A DNA stretch of 64,000 bases from an uncultured bacterium. Lineage in GTDB: Bacteria; Patescibacteriota; Patescibacteriia; UBA1558; GWA2-36-10. The stretch covers positions 18,679 through 82,678 of the forward strand of contig CAINYB010000027.1 in the NCBI GenBank assembly GCA_903855135.1, written 5' to 3'. The notes under the pieces were generated by a model. That model was not told the DNA's origin, did no database searches, and saw only the letters and a program-made list of their open reading frames with translations. The position numbers and the translations under genes were made by a program. Shown here one piece after another: positions 25,669 through 35,649 of this stretch (positions within the stretch are counted from its first letter, which is position 1; each line of letters opens with the position of its first letter).

Positions 25669-26241
25669 ATGTCTCAAGAAAACGAAAAAAAATTTACCAT
25701 TTCTGTGGCCAGTTTAGAAAGCTTATTGCTTGCTGCTGGTAAGCCTTTGGCTTTTAAAGAAATAGTTGATTTATTCAAAGAAGATTTAGCTAAAGTAGAA
25801 GAAATTTTAAATGAATTAGAACAAAAATATAATCATCCAGATTCTGGCATACATTTGGTTTTAAATAATAAAAAAGCACAACTAGTGACAAATCCAAATA
25901 ATGCGGAAATTTTACAAACTTATTTGCATGACGAGCAAACTGGAGAATTAAGTAAAGCTTCTTTAGAAACTTTGACTATTATCGCTTACCGGCAGCCGAT
26001 TTCCAAAGAAGAGTTAGAACAAATCAGAGGTGTGAATTGTAGCTTGATTATGCGTAATTTGATGATTAGGGGTTTGATAGAAGCTCAAGAGGACAAAGAT
26101 GATTTAGCACCAAAATATTCAGTGACGATTGATTTATTAAGGCATTTGGGTATAGACAGTGTCAAGCAATTACCAGATTTTGATAGCTTGAATAGCAATG
26201 AAAATTTACAGACTTTATTAAATCAAGTGAAGACAGAATAA
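25669..26241 (+). CDS. scpB: segregation and condensation protein B
   Basis: LESLLLAAGKPL winged-helix ScpB signature; adjacent to scpA. Confidence 0.85.
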   Translation: MSQENEKKFTISVASLESLLLAAGKPLAFKEIVDLFKEDLAKVEEILNELEQKYNHPDSGIHLVLNNKKAQLVTNPNNAEILQTYLHDEQTGELSKASLETLTIIAYRQPISKEELEQIRGVNCSLIMRNLMIRGLIEAQEDKDDLAPKYSVTIDLLRHLGIDSVKQLPDFDSLNSNENLQTLLNQVKTE

Positions 26242-26244
26242 TTT

Positions 26245-26925
26245 ATGATCATGCGTTTAGCAAAATATTTGAGCAACAGTGGTATTGCTTCTCGCCGTCA
26301 GGCTGAAGTTTTGATTAGTTCCGGGAAAGTAAAAGTCAATGGCGAAATAGTAAAAACTTTAGGCACAAGTATTGATTCTGAACAGGATCAAATTTTTTAT
26401 AATAATAAATTAGTCAAATCCGACGATAAAGTTTATTATTTATTAAATAAACCAGTGGGCTATATTTGCTCAAACTTTGATGCACATAATAGACAAAATG
26501 TTTTAACACTTGTGCCAAAATCTCCGCGTGTTTATCCAGTCGGCCGTTTAGATAAAGATAGCCAGGGTTTGTTATTGCTTACTAACGATGGTGATTTGAC
26601 TTATGAATTGACTCATCCCAAGTTTGCTGTCAAAAAAGAGTATTTAGTAGAGCTAGATAAAGAGATTTTAGCTAAAGATTTACTAAAGCTAAAAAGTGGC
26701 ATCAGATTGACTGAGGGCGTGGCTAAGGCTGATCAAGTCAAAAAAATTTCTCCCTATAAAATTCAGATTACTATTCATCAGGGCTGGAATAGACAGCTTA
26801 GACGTATGTTACAAGCTTTGAATTATAAAGTTGTGAGCTTAACTAGAGTAAAAGAAGGTGATTTGGCTTTAGGAAATTTAGCGCTTGGTAAGTATAAAAT
26901 TTTAAATATTAAAGATTTTAAATAA
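26245..26925 (+). CDS. rluB: RluB/RsuA-family pseudouridine synthase
   Basis: S4 domain RLAKYLSNSGIASRRQAEVLI; catalytic VGRLDKDSQGLLLLTNDG. Confidence 0.85.
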   Translation: MIMRLAKYLSNSGIASRRQAEVLISSGKVKVNGEIVKTLGTSIDSEQDQIFYNNKLVKSDDKVYYLLNKPVGYICSNFDAHNRQNVLTLVPKSPRVYPVGRLDKDSQGLLLLTNDGDLTYELTHPKFAVKKEYLVELDKEILAKDLLKLKSGIRLTEGVAKADQVKKISPYKIQITIHQGWNRQLRRMLQALNYKVVSLTRVKEGDLALGNLALGKYKILNIKDFK

Positions 26926-27837
26926 ATGTGGGCAGGCTTAGCAAAGATTTTTTTATTATTACAAATAGTAGTAGCACCTGTGCACTCTATTTTTACTTTA
27001 GAGCTAAAAAATATAGACAATAAAAATATTGTCACCGTGCAATCAAAATTAGCGAGCGAAAATTTGCCCTCTAAAATAGACAATGATTCTTTGGGTGTGA
27101 AATTGACTGCAAGTTCTGCGGCTGTTATGGACAAGGCTAGCGGTTTAGTGCTGTGGCAACAGCAAGCTGATGTGGTCAGGCCAATTGCGAGTATCAGTAA
27201 ACTGATGGCGGTATTAGTATTTTTGGAACACAATCCTGGCTGGGACGCAGAAGTGACTTTAGAGGAAACAGATTTTGTGATTTCTAGTCCAGTGAAATTA
27301 GTAGCTGGTGAAAAAGTAAAGGTTAAAGATTTATTTTATGCTAGCCTGATCGCTTCAGATAATAATGCTTTACTGGCTTTGGTGCGTGCTAGTGGCAAAA
27401 CTCAAGCTGAGTTTGTAGCTTTAATGAATGCTAAAGCAAAAGATTTGAAACTAACGAAAACTCAATTTTTTGAACCTACTGGGCTAAGTGCAAAAAATGT
27501 TTCGACCGCCAATGAAGTTTTGGTTTTAGCCAAAAATGCTTTTGCTGTCTCAGAAGTCAGAAAAACAGCCAGTCTCGCTAATTATGATTTTACAGCTTTA
27601 AGTGGAGAAAAACATAAAGTGGTTTCTACTAATAAGCTATTAGGTAGCTTTTTACATTTGGGACCAGCCAAAACTGGCTATATCGGTGAGGCAGGTTTTT
27701 GTCTAGTAGCGGAAGTAGCCAATGAAAATAACCAAGAAATTTTAGCCGTAGTTTTAAATTCGGATAGTAATGACAATCGTTTTCAAGATTTAAAAGCTTT
27801 AGCTTATTGGATCTTTCAAAATTTTCACTGGTCTTAA
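26926..27837 (+). CDS. D-alanyl-D-alanine carboxypeptidase (PBP5/DacA-like serine peptidase)
   Basis: SxxK (SISK), SxN (SDN), KTG (AKTGY) motifs; signal peptide. Confidence 0.85.
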   Translation: MWAGLAKIFLLLQIVVAPVHSIFTLELKNIDNKNIVTVQSKLASENLPSKIDNDSLGVKLTASSAAVMDKASGLVLWQQQADVVRPIASISKLMAVLVFLEHNPGWDAEVTLEETDFVISSPVKLVAGEKVKVKDLFYASLIASDNNALLALVRASGKTQAEFVALMNAKAKDLKLTKTQFFEPTGLSAKNVSTANEVLVLAKNAFAVSEVRKTASLANYDFTALSGEKHKVVSTNKLLGSFLHLGPAKTGYIGEAGFCLVAEVANENNQEILAVVLNSDSNDNRFQDLKALAYWIFQNFHWS

Positions 27838-27863
27838 AAACGATTTTGTTTTATACTTAAAAT

Positions 27864-28361
27864 ATGTTGGAGTATATTTATAATTTAGTGCAAACTTTGC
27901 CGCCAGAACTTGCTGTAGTTTTGTTGTCTATCACTCCGATTACCGAAATCAGACTTTCTATACCATTTGCTATGCAGGTCTATGGTTTTACGCCTTATCA
28001 GGCGATGTTTTGGTCAGTTTTGGGAGATATTATTCCCGCTGCTTTGTTGATTTATTATTTAGGGCCAGTTTCTCAATTTTTGATCAAAAGATCGAGAATG
28101 GCCCGTAGATTTTTTGCTTGGCTATTTAGTCAAACTAGACAAAAGTTTCCCGAGGATTATTCGGCCCTAGGTAAAATAGCCTTAATGCTTTTTGTAGCTT
28201 TACCATTTCCTGGTTTTGGCGCTTGGTCAGGAGCAATTGCTGCTTGGTTATTTGATATGAAAAAAACTGAAGCCTTAATTTTTATTTTATTAGGCATTAT
28301 TTTAGCTGCTTTAGCAGTTACTGGTTTATCGGTGGGTGTTTTTAGCATTTTTAAACTTTAA
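27864..28361 (+). CDS. small membrane protein (COG2426/small multidrug export-like)
   Basis: 4 TM helices; LPFPGFGAWSGA motif. Confidence 0.5.
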   Translation: MLEYIYNLVQTLPPELAVVLLSITPITEIRLSIPFAMQVYGFTPYQAMFWSVLGDIIPAALLIYYLGPVSQFLIKRSRMARRFFAWLFSQTRQKFPEDYSALGKIALMLFVALPFPGFGAWSGAIAAWLFDMKKTEALIFILLGIILAALAVTGLSVGVFSIFKL

Positions 28362-28363
28362 AT

Positions 28364-29131
28364 ATGGAAAAAAATAAAAAAATAGTGATTGCCAATTGGA
28401 AAATGCAGTTAAGTCCAGCAGAAGCAAGCTTACAAGCTAAAAATTTTAAAAAATTATATAACAAGGCGGGTTTAGAAAAAAAAGTAGAGGTGGCGATTGC
28501 GCCAGATTTTTTGTCTTACTTAGAAGTAGCCAAAGTTTTTGCTGGTTCCAATATATTTTTAGCGGCACAAAACGGCTATAGTGAAACCAAGGGTGCTTTT
28601 ACGGGAGAAATTTCTTTAGCTACTTTGAAAGAGACTGGTTGTACTTATGTTTTAATCGGTCATTCAGAGCGCCGACAATTTTTTGCGGAAACAGATGAAA
28701 GTATAAATAATAAAATTTCTTTTGCTTTACAGCAAGATTTAATCCCAGTTTTATGTATTGGTGAGACATTTGCTGATCGTAAAGATGGTCGTAAAGATGT
28801 AGTGGTGATGCAACAGGTACAAAATGCTTTGCGTGGCATAGATATCAAGCCAAGTCAGACATTAATTATCGCTTATGAGCCAGTTTGGGCCATCGGTTCT
28901 GGTCAAGCAATGCAGCCAGCGGAGCTAAAACACACCGCGATGATTATTCGCCAAAGTTTGATTGATGTTTTAGAAGATAAAGATTTACCATTGGTTAAAA
29001 TTATTTATGGTGGTAGTGTGAATTCAGAAAATATTAGCTCATTTACAGATTTGGATATTATTTCTGGTGCTTTGATTGGCGGTGCGAGTTTAGAGGCCGA
29101 AAAATTTATTGATTTAATTAAACAAATATAA
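28364..29131 (+). CDS. tpiA: triosephosphate isomerase
   Basis: IANWKMQ, IGHSERR, AYEPVWAIGSG, GGSV motifs. Confidence 0.93.
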   Translation: MEKNKKIVIANWKMQLSPAEASLQAKNFKKLYNKAGLEKKVEVAIAPDFLSYLEVAKVFAGSNIFLAAQNGYSETKGAFTGEISLATLKETGCTYVLIGHSERRQFFAETDESINNKISFALQQDLIPVLCIGETFADRKDGRKDVVVMQQVQNALRGIDIKPSQTLIIAYEPVWAIGSGQAMQPAELKHTAMIIRQSLIDVLEDKDLPLVKIIYGGSVNSENISSFTDLDIISGALIGGASLEAEKFIDLIKQI

Positions 29132-29133
29132 AT

Positions 29134-30003
29134 ATGATTGTCCCAATAGAAAAAATTGTTAATAAAGCTAAAAAGCAAAAATATGCTATCGGCGCTTTTA
29201 ATACTTCAAATTTAGAAATCACTTTAGCGATTGTCAGGGCAGCGGTGAAAATGAAGTCGCCGGTCATTATCCAGACCTCTGAGTCAGCCATTGAGTATTC
29301 TAATGCTGAAGTTCTGTTTAATCTGATTAAAACAGTGGCTAATACAGTGGGGAAAAATGTGCCGATTGCTATCCATTTGGATCATGGTAAAGACTTGTCA
29401 ATCATTGAAAAATGTGTCAAAGTAGGCTACAATTCAGTGCACATTGATGCTTCGGTAGAGGACTTTAAGACTAACATCAAATTAAGCCAAAAAGTCGCAA
29501 AATTAGCCCATAAACATCATATTTGGGTACAAGCAGAGTTAGGTGCTATTTTAGGCAAAGAGGGCTTAGTGAAGCTCAAGACTGGCGAAATTGACATGAA
29601 AGACTTGATGACTGATCCAGAGAAAGCAGCTGAATTTGTCAAAAAAACTGGCTTAAATACTTTAGCGGTCTCTATCGGTACTATCCATGGTCATTTTCAA
29701 GGCATTGAAAAAGTGGATTTGCCACGTTTACAAAAGATAGCCAAAGCAGTGAATGTGCCATTAGTGATGCACGGTGGTAGTGGTTTAAAAGATGTAGATT
29801 TTAAAAAAGCGATTGCCAATGGTATTTCTATCATTAATATCGATACGAATTTACGTTTAGCATTTAAAGATGCTTTACAAAAAAATTTAAATAAACAAAG
29901 CGATTTAATTGATCCGCGAAAAATTTTGACACCAAGCATCATAGCGATGCAAGCTGAAGTAGAACGCATTATCAAAGTATTTGGTAGTCAAAACAAAGCT
30001 TAA
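29134..30003 (+). CDS. fba: class II fructose-bisphosphate aldolase
   Basis: AIGAFN, HLDHG, MHGGSG metal-binding motifs; 289 aa. Confidence 0.9.
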   Translation: MIVPIEKIVNKAKKQKYAIGAFNTSNLEITLAIVRAAVKMKSPVIIQTSESAIEYSNAEVLFNLIKTVANTVGKNVPIAIHLDHGKDLSIIEKCVKVGYNSVHIDASVEDFKTNIKLSQKVAKLAHKHHIWVQAELGAILGKEGLVKLKTGEIDMKDLMTDPEKAAEFVKKTGLNTLAVSIGTIHGHFQGIEKVDLPRLQKIAKAVNVPLVMHGGSGLKDVDFKKAIANGISIINIDTNLRLAFKDALQKNLNKQSDLIDPRKILTPSIIAMQAEVERIIKVFGSQNKA

Positions 30004-30006
30004 TTT

Positions 30007-30891
30007 ATGTGGTTATTTTTCTTAATTTTAATTTTAATCTCGTCAAGCTATTTAGTTTGGCTTGTTTGGCAAAAATTACCAAATTTGAGCAATATTAATG
30101 TGGGTAATTTACCAGAGGTCCAAGTGAAAAAAAAGAAAGATTTTATTTTAAAAAATCGTTTAAAAAGAGACTTGGGTAAATTATCTGACTTAGGCCGGGC
30201 AACTCTAGCTCCTACTAAAGATAAAGTTTTTGATTTTTTCAAAGAAAAGTATTCTAAACTACAAGAGCTAGAAAAAGATTTGCGTCGTCGTAGTCATGAG
30301 CAGTTTAATGCCGTGATTACTAAAGCACAAAAGATTGAAAATTTATTATTAGAAGCTAAACAGTTTTTTAATGCTGGTGAGTATAGCAAGGCCGAGGATA
30401 ATCTTTTAGAAGCGCTAGCTATCGATCAATATAGTGTAGAAGTTTATAAACTTTTGGCTGAAGTTTATCGTGCTAAAAAAGAGTATGAACAGGCTAAAGA
30501 AACTTTGAGTTATTTATTGAAATTAACACACAATGAAGATGCTGGTGTGTTTACTTCACTCGCGGAAATTTCTAAAGTCAGAGGTAATTTGAAAGAAGCG
30601 GAAGAAGAGTATCTCAAGTCAATATCTTTATCTGATGAAAATCATTTAAACTTTTTGTCATTAGCTGAAGTGTATTTAGAGCTAGATGATAAAGAGCAAG
30701 CTTTGGCTACTGCGCAAAGATCTTTGTTGTTATCACCAAATAACCCTAAAATTCTTGACTTTTTGATAAATATCAGTATAATTATCCAAGACAAAGAATT
30801 AGCCAATAAGTATTTAGCTAAGCTTAGAGAGGTCAATCCAGAAAATCAGAAGATCGCTCATTTTATTAGCGTGATAGATGAATTAAAATAG
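30007..30891 (+). CDS. TPR-repeat protein with N-terminal membrane anchor
   Basis: N-terminal TM; repeated A..Y...A...L helical pairs typical of TPR. Confidence 0.65.
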   Translation: MWLFFLILILISSSYLVWLVWQKLPNLSNINVGNLPEVQVKKKKDFILKNRLKRDLGKLSDLGRATLAPTKDKVFDFFKEKYSKLQELEKDLRRRSHEQFNAVITKAQKIENLLLEAKQFFNAGEYSKAEDNLLEALAIDQYSVEVYKLLAEVYRAKKEYEQAKETLSYLLKLTHNEDAGVFTSLAEISKVRGNLKEAEEEYLKSISLSDENHLNFLSLAEVYLELDDKEQALATAQRSLLLSPNNPKILDFLINISIIIQDKELANKYLAKLREVNPENQKIAHFISVIDELK

Positions 30892-30901
30892 TTTTTTACA
30901 T

Positions 30902-30987
30902 GGGTCGGTACCAAAGCGGTCAACTGGGGCAGACTGTAAATCTGCTGGCATCAGCCTTCGGGGGTTCGAATCCCTCCCGGCCCACCA
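30902..30987 (+). tRNA. tRNA-Tyr (anticodon GUA), type II with long variable arm
   Basis: GCAGACUGUAAAUCUGC anticodon arm identical to bacterial tRNA-Tyr; acceptor GGGUCGG/CCGGCCC; encoded CCA. Confidence 0.88.
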
Positions 30988-31150
30988 CTCGACTCGTCGC
31001 TATAAATAGCTCCTCGCTCGTGGTCTTCGACCATTGCTAATAGAGAGCTTTGGGGGTTTATTTTGTAGCCGAGGAGAGTGTCTTGAGCGATCCCGAGCTT
31101 GTCGAGGGAGAGTCGAAAGACATGATATCAAAAATGAAGAAAGAAAAGTG

Positions 31151-31402
31151 ATGAGGAAGTATTATTTTTATTTAGCACGTTGCAGTGATAATACTTTGTA
31201 TGCTGGCTATTGTGCGGATATTAAAAATAGAGAAATAAAACACAATAAAGGAGAAGGTGCTAAGTATACTAAGTATAGAGCCCCTATCAAAATAGTATAT
31301 TTTGAAGAATTTTTGACTCGTTCAGAAGCAATGAAAAGAGAAGCGCAAATAAAAGGTTGGAGTAGAGTAAAGAAAGAAAATTTAATTAAAGGTTTGTTTT
31401 AG
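31151..31402 (+). CDS. GIY-YIG nuclease-superfamily small protein (YhbQ/UPF0213-like)
   Basis: YFYLARCSDNTLYAGYCADIKNREIKHN = GIY..YIG..R..H core; 83 aa; ORF-track N-terminal extension has no RBS, true ATG 31151. Confidence 0.75.
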   Translation: MRKYYFYLARCSDNTLYAGYCADIKNREIKHNKGEGAKYTKYRAPIKIVYFEEFLTRSEAMKREAQIKGWSRVKKENLIKGLF

Positions 31403-31467
31403 ACATTTTGCCGTCATAGCTTCCCTCGATAAACTTGGGACAAGCAGTGTCAGTAAGTTGTTAATAT

Positions 31468-31542
<75 letters not shown>

Positions 31543-31690
31543 TTCGACTACGTTCTGCTTCGCAGAACTTCGCTCACCTCTCGGCCGTGAGCTCGAGGCC
31601 GAACGGTGGCCTTTGGCCACTTTCGTATTTTTGACAAACAAAAGTCGAATGTCCCGAGCGTAGTCGAGGGGCACTCGTGGTCTTCGACCA
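31543..31690 (+). repeat. highly structured GC-rich palindromic tRNA trailer containing dispersed-repeat motifs
   Basis: ttcgactacg...cgtagtcgag, gttctgcttcgcagaac, gctcac..gtgagc, ggccgaacggtggcc hairpins; ends with ctcgtggtcttcgacca, a copy of 31018-31034. Confidence 0.45.
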
Positions 31691-31748
31691 CTTGTATTTA
31701 GCCTTTTCAGGCTATTTTTTTGTATAAAATTATGTTATATATAAATAT

Positions 31749-32630
31749 ATGCCAGAATTACCAGAAGTAGAAACAATTAGACAGGGTTTGAGACAAAATA
31801 TTTTAGCTAAAAAGATTATCGCTGTAGAAGTAAAAAAGAAAAATATTGTCAAAAACCCGAAAAAATATTTTGTTGATTTTTTACAAAATCAGCATTTTGT
31901 TGATGTCTCGAGAATCGGCAAGCTTTTAATTTTTCATTTACAAAATAAAGATTATTTTTTATTGATTCATTTGAAAATGACTGGCCAGCTGATATATCAA
32001 GACAAAAAGCAAACTTTAGCTGGTGGCCACAGTGGACCAAAAATAACGGATTTACCAAATAAATATTCACATGTAATTTTTCATTTTCCGCAAGATGTTA
32101 AATTATTTTTTAATGATTTACGACAATTTGGTTATCTAAAAATAGTAAATCAACAAGACAAAGATAAAATAGTAGCTCAATTTGGCATTGAACCACTACA
32201 AGCAAATTTTACTTTTGCTAATTTTCTATCTATCTTTAAAACTAAGCACCCGAAGGGTGCTTACTTGAAAATACCGGTCAAAGCTTTATTATTAAATCAA
32301 AAACTAATTGCTGGTTTAGGCAATATTTACGTCGATGAAGTTTGTCATCAGGCTGGAGTTTTGCCTCAGCGTTTAGTAAATACCTTAAAAGTAGAAGATA
32401 TTCAAAAGCTTTTTAAAGCTTGCCAAAAAATTATAAAGCTTGCCATTGCCAAAAGGGGAACGACTTTTAGTGATTATCGAGACACAGATGGTAAGGCCGG
32501 AAATTTTAGTGATTATCTCAAAGTTTATGGTCGTGGAGGAGAAGAGTGCCTTACTTGTAGACAAGAAAGCCTGACAAAGATAAAATTAAATGGTAGAGGC
32601 ACTGTTTTTTGCTCAGTTTGCCAACAATAA
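31749..32630 (+). CDS. mutM: formamidopyrimidine-DNA glycosylase (Fpg/MutM)
   Basis: MPELPEVE N-terminus (catalytic Pro2/Glu3), H2TH region, C-terminal C4 zinc finger CLTC...CSVC. Confidence 0.92.
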   Translation: MPELPEVETIRQGLRQNILAKKIIAVEVKKKNIVKNPKKYFVDFLQNQHFVDVSRIGKLLIFHLQNKDYFLLIHLKMTGQLIYQDKKQTLAGGHSGPKITDLPNKYSHVIFHFPQDVKLFFNDLRQFGYLKIVNQQDKDKIVAQFGIEPLQANFTFANFLSIFKTKHPKGAYLKIPVKALLLNQKLIAGLGNIYVDEVCHQAGVLPQRLVNTLKVEDIQKLFKACQKIIKLAIAKRGTTFSDYRDTDGKAGNFSDYLKVYGRGGEECLTCRQESLTKIKLNGRGTVFCSVCQQ

Positions 32631-32674
32631 CAACTATGACTCCGCCGACAGGCGGAACAGAGTGAAAAAAATTT

Positions 32675-33316
32675 ATGAAACTACAAAAATTAGATTATCT
32701 AAACTATTTAATTATTTTACTGACCATTGGCTTTAGCATTTATTTTTATCCGTTATTGCCAGAAAAAGTTGTGACGCACTGGAATTTTGCCGGCCAAGCT
32801 GATGGCTGGAGTGGTAAAGGCTTTCAAACTTTGTTTTTGCCTATTTTAATGATCACTATCTATGCCTTGTTTCAATTTTTACCCAAGCTTGATCCAAAGA
32901 AGTTAAGCTATACTGATTTTGCACCAGCCTATAAAGTATTTCAATCTATTTTTTTGCTTTTCTTTTTTGCGTTATTTTTAGTGACTAGCTGGTCTAATCT
33001 TGGTGTCAGTATTCCGATTGGCCAGGTAGTTAGTTCTTTGATTGGTTTGATGTTTATCATCTTTGGTGTTTTGATGCCCAAGCTAAAATCAAATTGGTTT
33101 ATCGGTATTCGTACGCCTTGGACTTTATCCAGTGATGTAGTGTGGACCAAAACTCACAATTTTGCTAAATATATTTTTGTTTTGGCTGGTGTGATATTTT
33201 GTTTGATCTCTTATGTGGCAGAGGCTTTGATTTTGCCAGTGATAATAGTTTTGTTGATTTTGATGTTGACGCCAATTATTTACTCTTATTTAGCTTTCCG
33301 TAAATTACCAAAATAA
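32675..33316 (+). CDS. SdpI/YhfL-family membrane protein (DUF1648-like N-terminus)
   Basis: YPLLPEKVVTHWNFAGQADGWSGKG motif then 4 TM helices. Confidence 0.6.
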   Translation: MKLQKLDYLNYLIILLTIGFSIYFYPLLPEKVVTHWNFAGQADGWSGKGFQTLFLPILMITIYALFQFLPKLDPKKLSYTDFAPAYKVFQSIFLLFFFALFLVTSWSNLGVSIPIGQVVSSLIGLMFIIFGVLMPKLKSNWFIGIRTPWTLSSDVVWTKTHNFAKYIFVLAGVIFCLISYVAEALILPVIIVLLILMLTPIIYSYLAFRKLPK

Positions 33317-33394
33317 AAATTTTAATAACAACCCAGGCGTCCGCCGGAGCTGTTGTTGTTAATTAGGCTAATATTAGACAATAATTTAATTTAG

Positions 33395-33468
33395 TACCCC
33401 CTCAATCTCCCCAAGATCCCCGCGTACGCGGGGAAGGGGGAGAAGTCGCATAAGCGGCAGAGGGGGTA
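33395..33468. repeat. GC-rich nested palindromic element (E2)
   Basis: taccccctc...agatccccgcgtacgcggggaagggggaga...gagggggta; 30-mer identical to 61258-61287. Confidence 0.55.
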
Positions 33469-33485
33469 TTTTATAATTTTAGGCT

Positions 33486-33514
33486 TTGACAAAAAACTAA
33501 AAACATGCTATAAT
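33486..33514 (+). promoter_or_regulatory. perfect consensus sigma70 promoter TTGACA-N17-TATAAT
   Basis: read directly; ~95 nt upstream of ATG 33609. Confidence 0.75.
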
Positions 33515-33608
33515 TCTATGTTATTGTTTAAGGGGTTTGAAGCTTCTTAGGCAACTGGTCTTTGACAAGAAAGCAAGAAAAAAGAGCATAAAAACGGAGG
33601 ACGGAACC

Positions 33609-35030
33609 ATGGGAAGCACGCACGCAACTTTTGCTCGGTATTATTGGGACAATGTTCCATATGCTGGGTGGATACTGATTTTCTTCGTGAGCCTAATCAT
33701 CTACAGTAAGGTGGTTAATGGCTTGTGGAGAAGAAATGAAAAAACCAGAAAAGCTGGTTACTGGTTGAAGGGGATTTTCTGGGCATTTTGGTGTCTGGTG
33801 GTGTTGTGGAAGTCTGGCCTTTTCGGCAATTTTCACTTTAACACAAGCAACGCCAATAACCAAACGCTAGGCGTCGGTTTCAGCTGGGGTCCTTGGTCTT
33901 GGGTGAAGTTGGCATTTAGCTTTATCACTTTTGTTCTAGCTTGGCTGTGTTTGCGGACAGCCTTGAAGGCTAGCTTCTTTCGTGACTGGCGTTTTACGAC
34001 AATCAAGGACAAACCATACTGGCATGGTCCGTATTGGCCAGGTGTCATATTTGTACTCGGCTTCTTTCCCTGCCTGATCTGGATGATCTGGTCGCCGACC
34101 TGGTATTTGGTGCCTGTGATGTTGCTTTTCTGGCGTGTAGGCTCTTGGCCGGTCGGTAGGAAAGTAACTGAACGTTGGGTACCGCAGTTTAATGAGTACC
34201 TTTTTCCCACTCAAGACTCAGAAGAAGAGTTTGGTACTTGTTACTTTTATGGTAAGGAAGCACCAGGAATGAATTTATTTCAGCTCTTGGTAGGTATTCC
34301 GTTCTGCTTGCCACTTTCTTCCCTTACAGTTTTATCTTGGGAGAATGTGGATATATCTACTCCAACTGGGTTAATCCCAACTGATGATGGTTCAATGGTT
34401 GATGTTTCTGTAAGGTTGAGAATGTTGACCTGCACTCATCCTTCTACAGTGATCACTCTGTCACCGGACGAAAGACAGTCTTCGGTGGTGGGGTCAGTAG
34501 CCATTGCTATCAACTATGTTCCTGATTTAGTGGCTCGTCTTCCGCAGTTAAATCTTCGTAGCAAGATTGACGAAGACTTTAACCTGCCACAGTATCCTAT
34601 GCCAGTAACCGACCCTCGTAAGCCACCTAAAAAAGAGTCGATGAATGACCGTATCAAAAGAGAGGTGCTCTTAAACAAGGGGCATTTGGTTGTTGGCATT
34701 GACTTTGGTGCTCCTATTCCGGCCAAGGCCATTGCTGAGGCTATGGAACGAGCTAGCGCGGCTAAGCTCAACGAAGGTACCACGATCACCAATGCTCATG
34801 CAGCAGCAAAGGCTTTGGAGATTGACACGGAGGCAAAGGTTGCATCCCAGCAGAAACTCTTCATGGGCGAAGCGGATGTCTTAGTGGAGCGCTCCAAGGC
34901 TGATGGTAAGCCTATTTCTCTGGAGCGTGCCATGGAGATTGTAATTGCTCGTCATCAGGCTGATGCGACTCGCACCGTGATCGCTCCTGGCGTCGGCATG
35001 ACCACTAACATCAACCCACAGCAACCTTAA
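33609..35030 (+). CDS. Trp-rich polytopic membrane protein with soluble C-terminal domain (weak SPFH/band-7-like tail); GC-rich island gene
   Basis: start at MGSTHAT with GGAGGAC..ACC-ATG context; W-rich TM segments; ~50% GC vs ~33% background. Confidence 0.6.
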   Translation: MGSTHATFARYYWDNVPYAGWILIFFVSLIIYSKVVNGLWRRNEKTRKAGYWLKGIFWAFWCLVVLWKSGLFGNFHFNTSNANNQTLGVGFSWGPWSWVKLAFSFITFVLAWLCLRTALKASFFRDWRFTTIKDKPYWHGPYWPGVIFVLGFFPCLIWMIWSPTWYLVPVMLLFWRVGSWPVGRKVTERWVPQFNEYLFPTQDSEEEFGTCYFYGKEAPGMNLFQLLVGIPFCLPLSSLTVLSWENVDISTPTGLIPTDDGSMVDVSVRLRMLTCTHPSTVITLSPDERQSSVVGSVAIAINYVPDLVARLPQLNLRSKIDEDFNLPQYPMPVTDPRKPPKKESMNDRIKREVLLNKGHLVVGIDFGAPIPAKAIAEAMERASAAKLNEGTTITNAHAAAKALEIDTEAKVASQQKLFMGEADVLVERSKADGKPISLERAMEIVIARHQADATRTVIAPGVGMTTNINPQQP

Positions 35031-35148
35031 CCCTTCTTGCTTTCTCTCATCGCCAGGCATCCCTCGGGAAGCCTGGCGTTTTTATTTGCTCAAATTTAAA
35101 ATTTATAGTATAATAAATTTAATTTAAAATCATTAAAAAATAAAAATT

Positions 35149-35454
35149 ATGTCAGATCAAGAATTTGATATCTTTAAAGAACTTGGCATGGAAAATTTGC
35201 CAGAAGAGCAAAAGGAAGCTTTGCGTGAGCAGATGCTAGATTTAATAGAAACTCGTTTTAATCGAGCTATTTTGATGGCGATGCCAGAAGAGGATAAACT
35301 AGAGTTTGATAAAATCTTAGAAACAGGTCAAGGTGTAGAAGAGTTTATCCAAGCCAAAGTGCCTAACTATGGCGAAATTCATCGAGAAATTGTCGATGAT
35401 TTAAAAAATGAAATGTTGACTATGCAAGATAAGGTTTTTAAACCTAGTGTTTAA
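35149..35454 (+). CDS. hypothetical small acidic protein
   Basis: 101 aa ORF. Confidence 0.5.
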   Translation: MSDQEFDIFKELGMENLPEEQKEALREQMLDLIETRFNRAILMAMPEEDKLEFDKILETGQGVEEFIQAKVPNYGEIHREIVDDLKNEMLTMQDKVFKPSV

Positions 35455-35477
35455 AGCCTTTTTATTTTTTTAAAAAA

Positions 35478-35643
35478 ATGACAGATCAAGAAAAAATCAT
35501 AAAAATAAAAGAAATTTATCAGGATTTTTTAGTTCGTTTAAATGAATTAAAAGAAAAAGCCAATACTCAAACTATGGCTAAGATTCAAGCAATTGAAAAA
35601 CAGAAAATAGAGGATATTTTGAATAAAATTCACAAAGAACTTT
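35478..35643 (+). CDS. possible small coiled-coil protein (55 aa, below ORF-track cutoff)
   Basis: ATG at 35478 to TAA 35641-35643; K/E-rich helical sequence; packed between neighbours. Confidence 0.35.
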
Positions 35644-35649
35644 AATCTT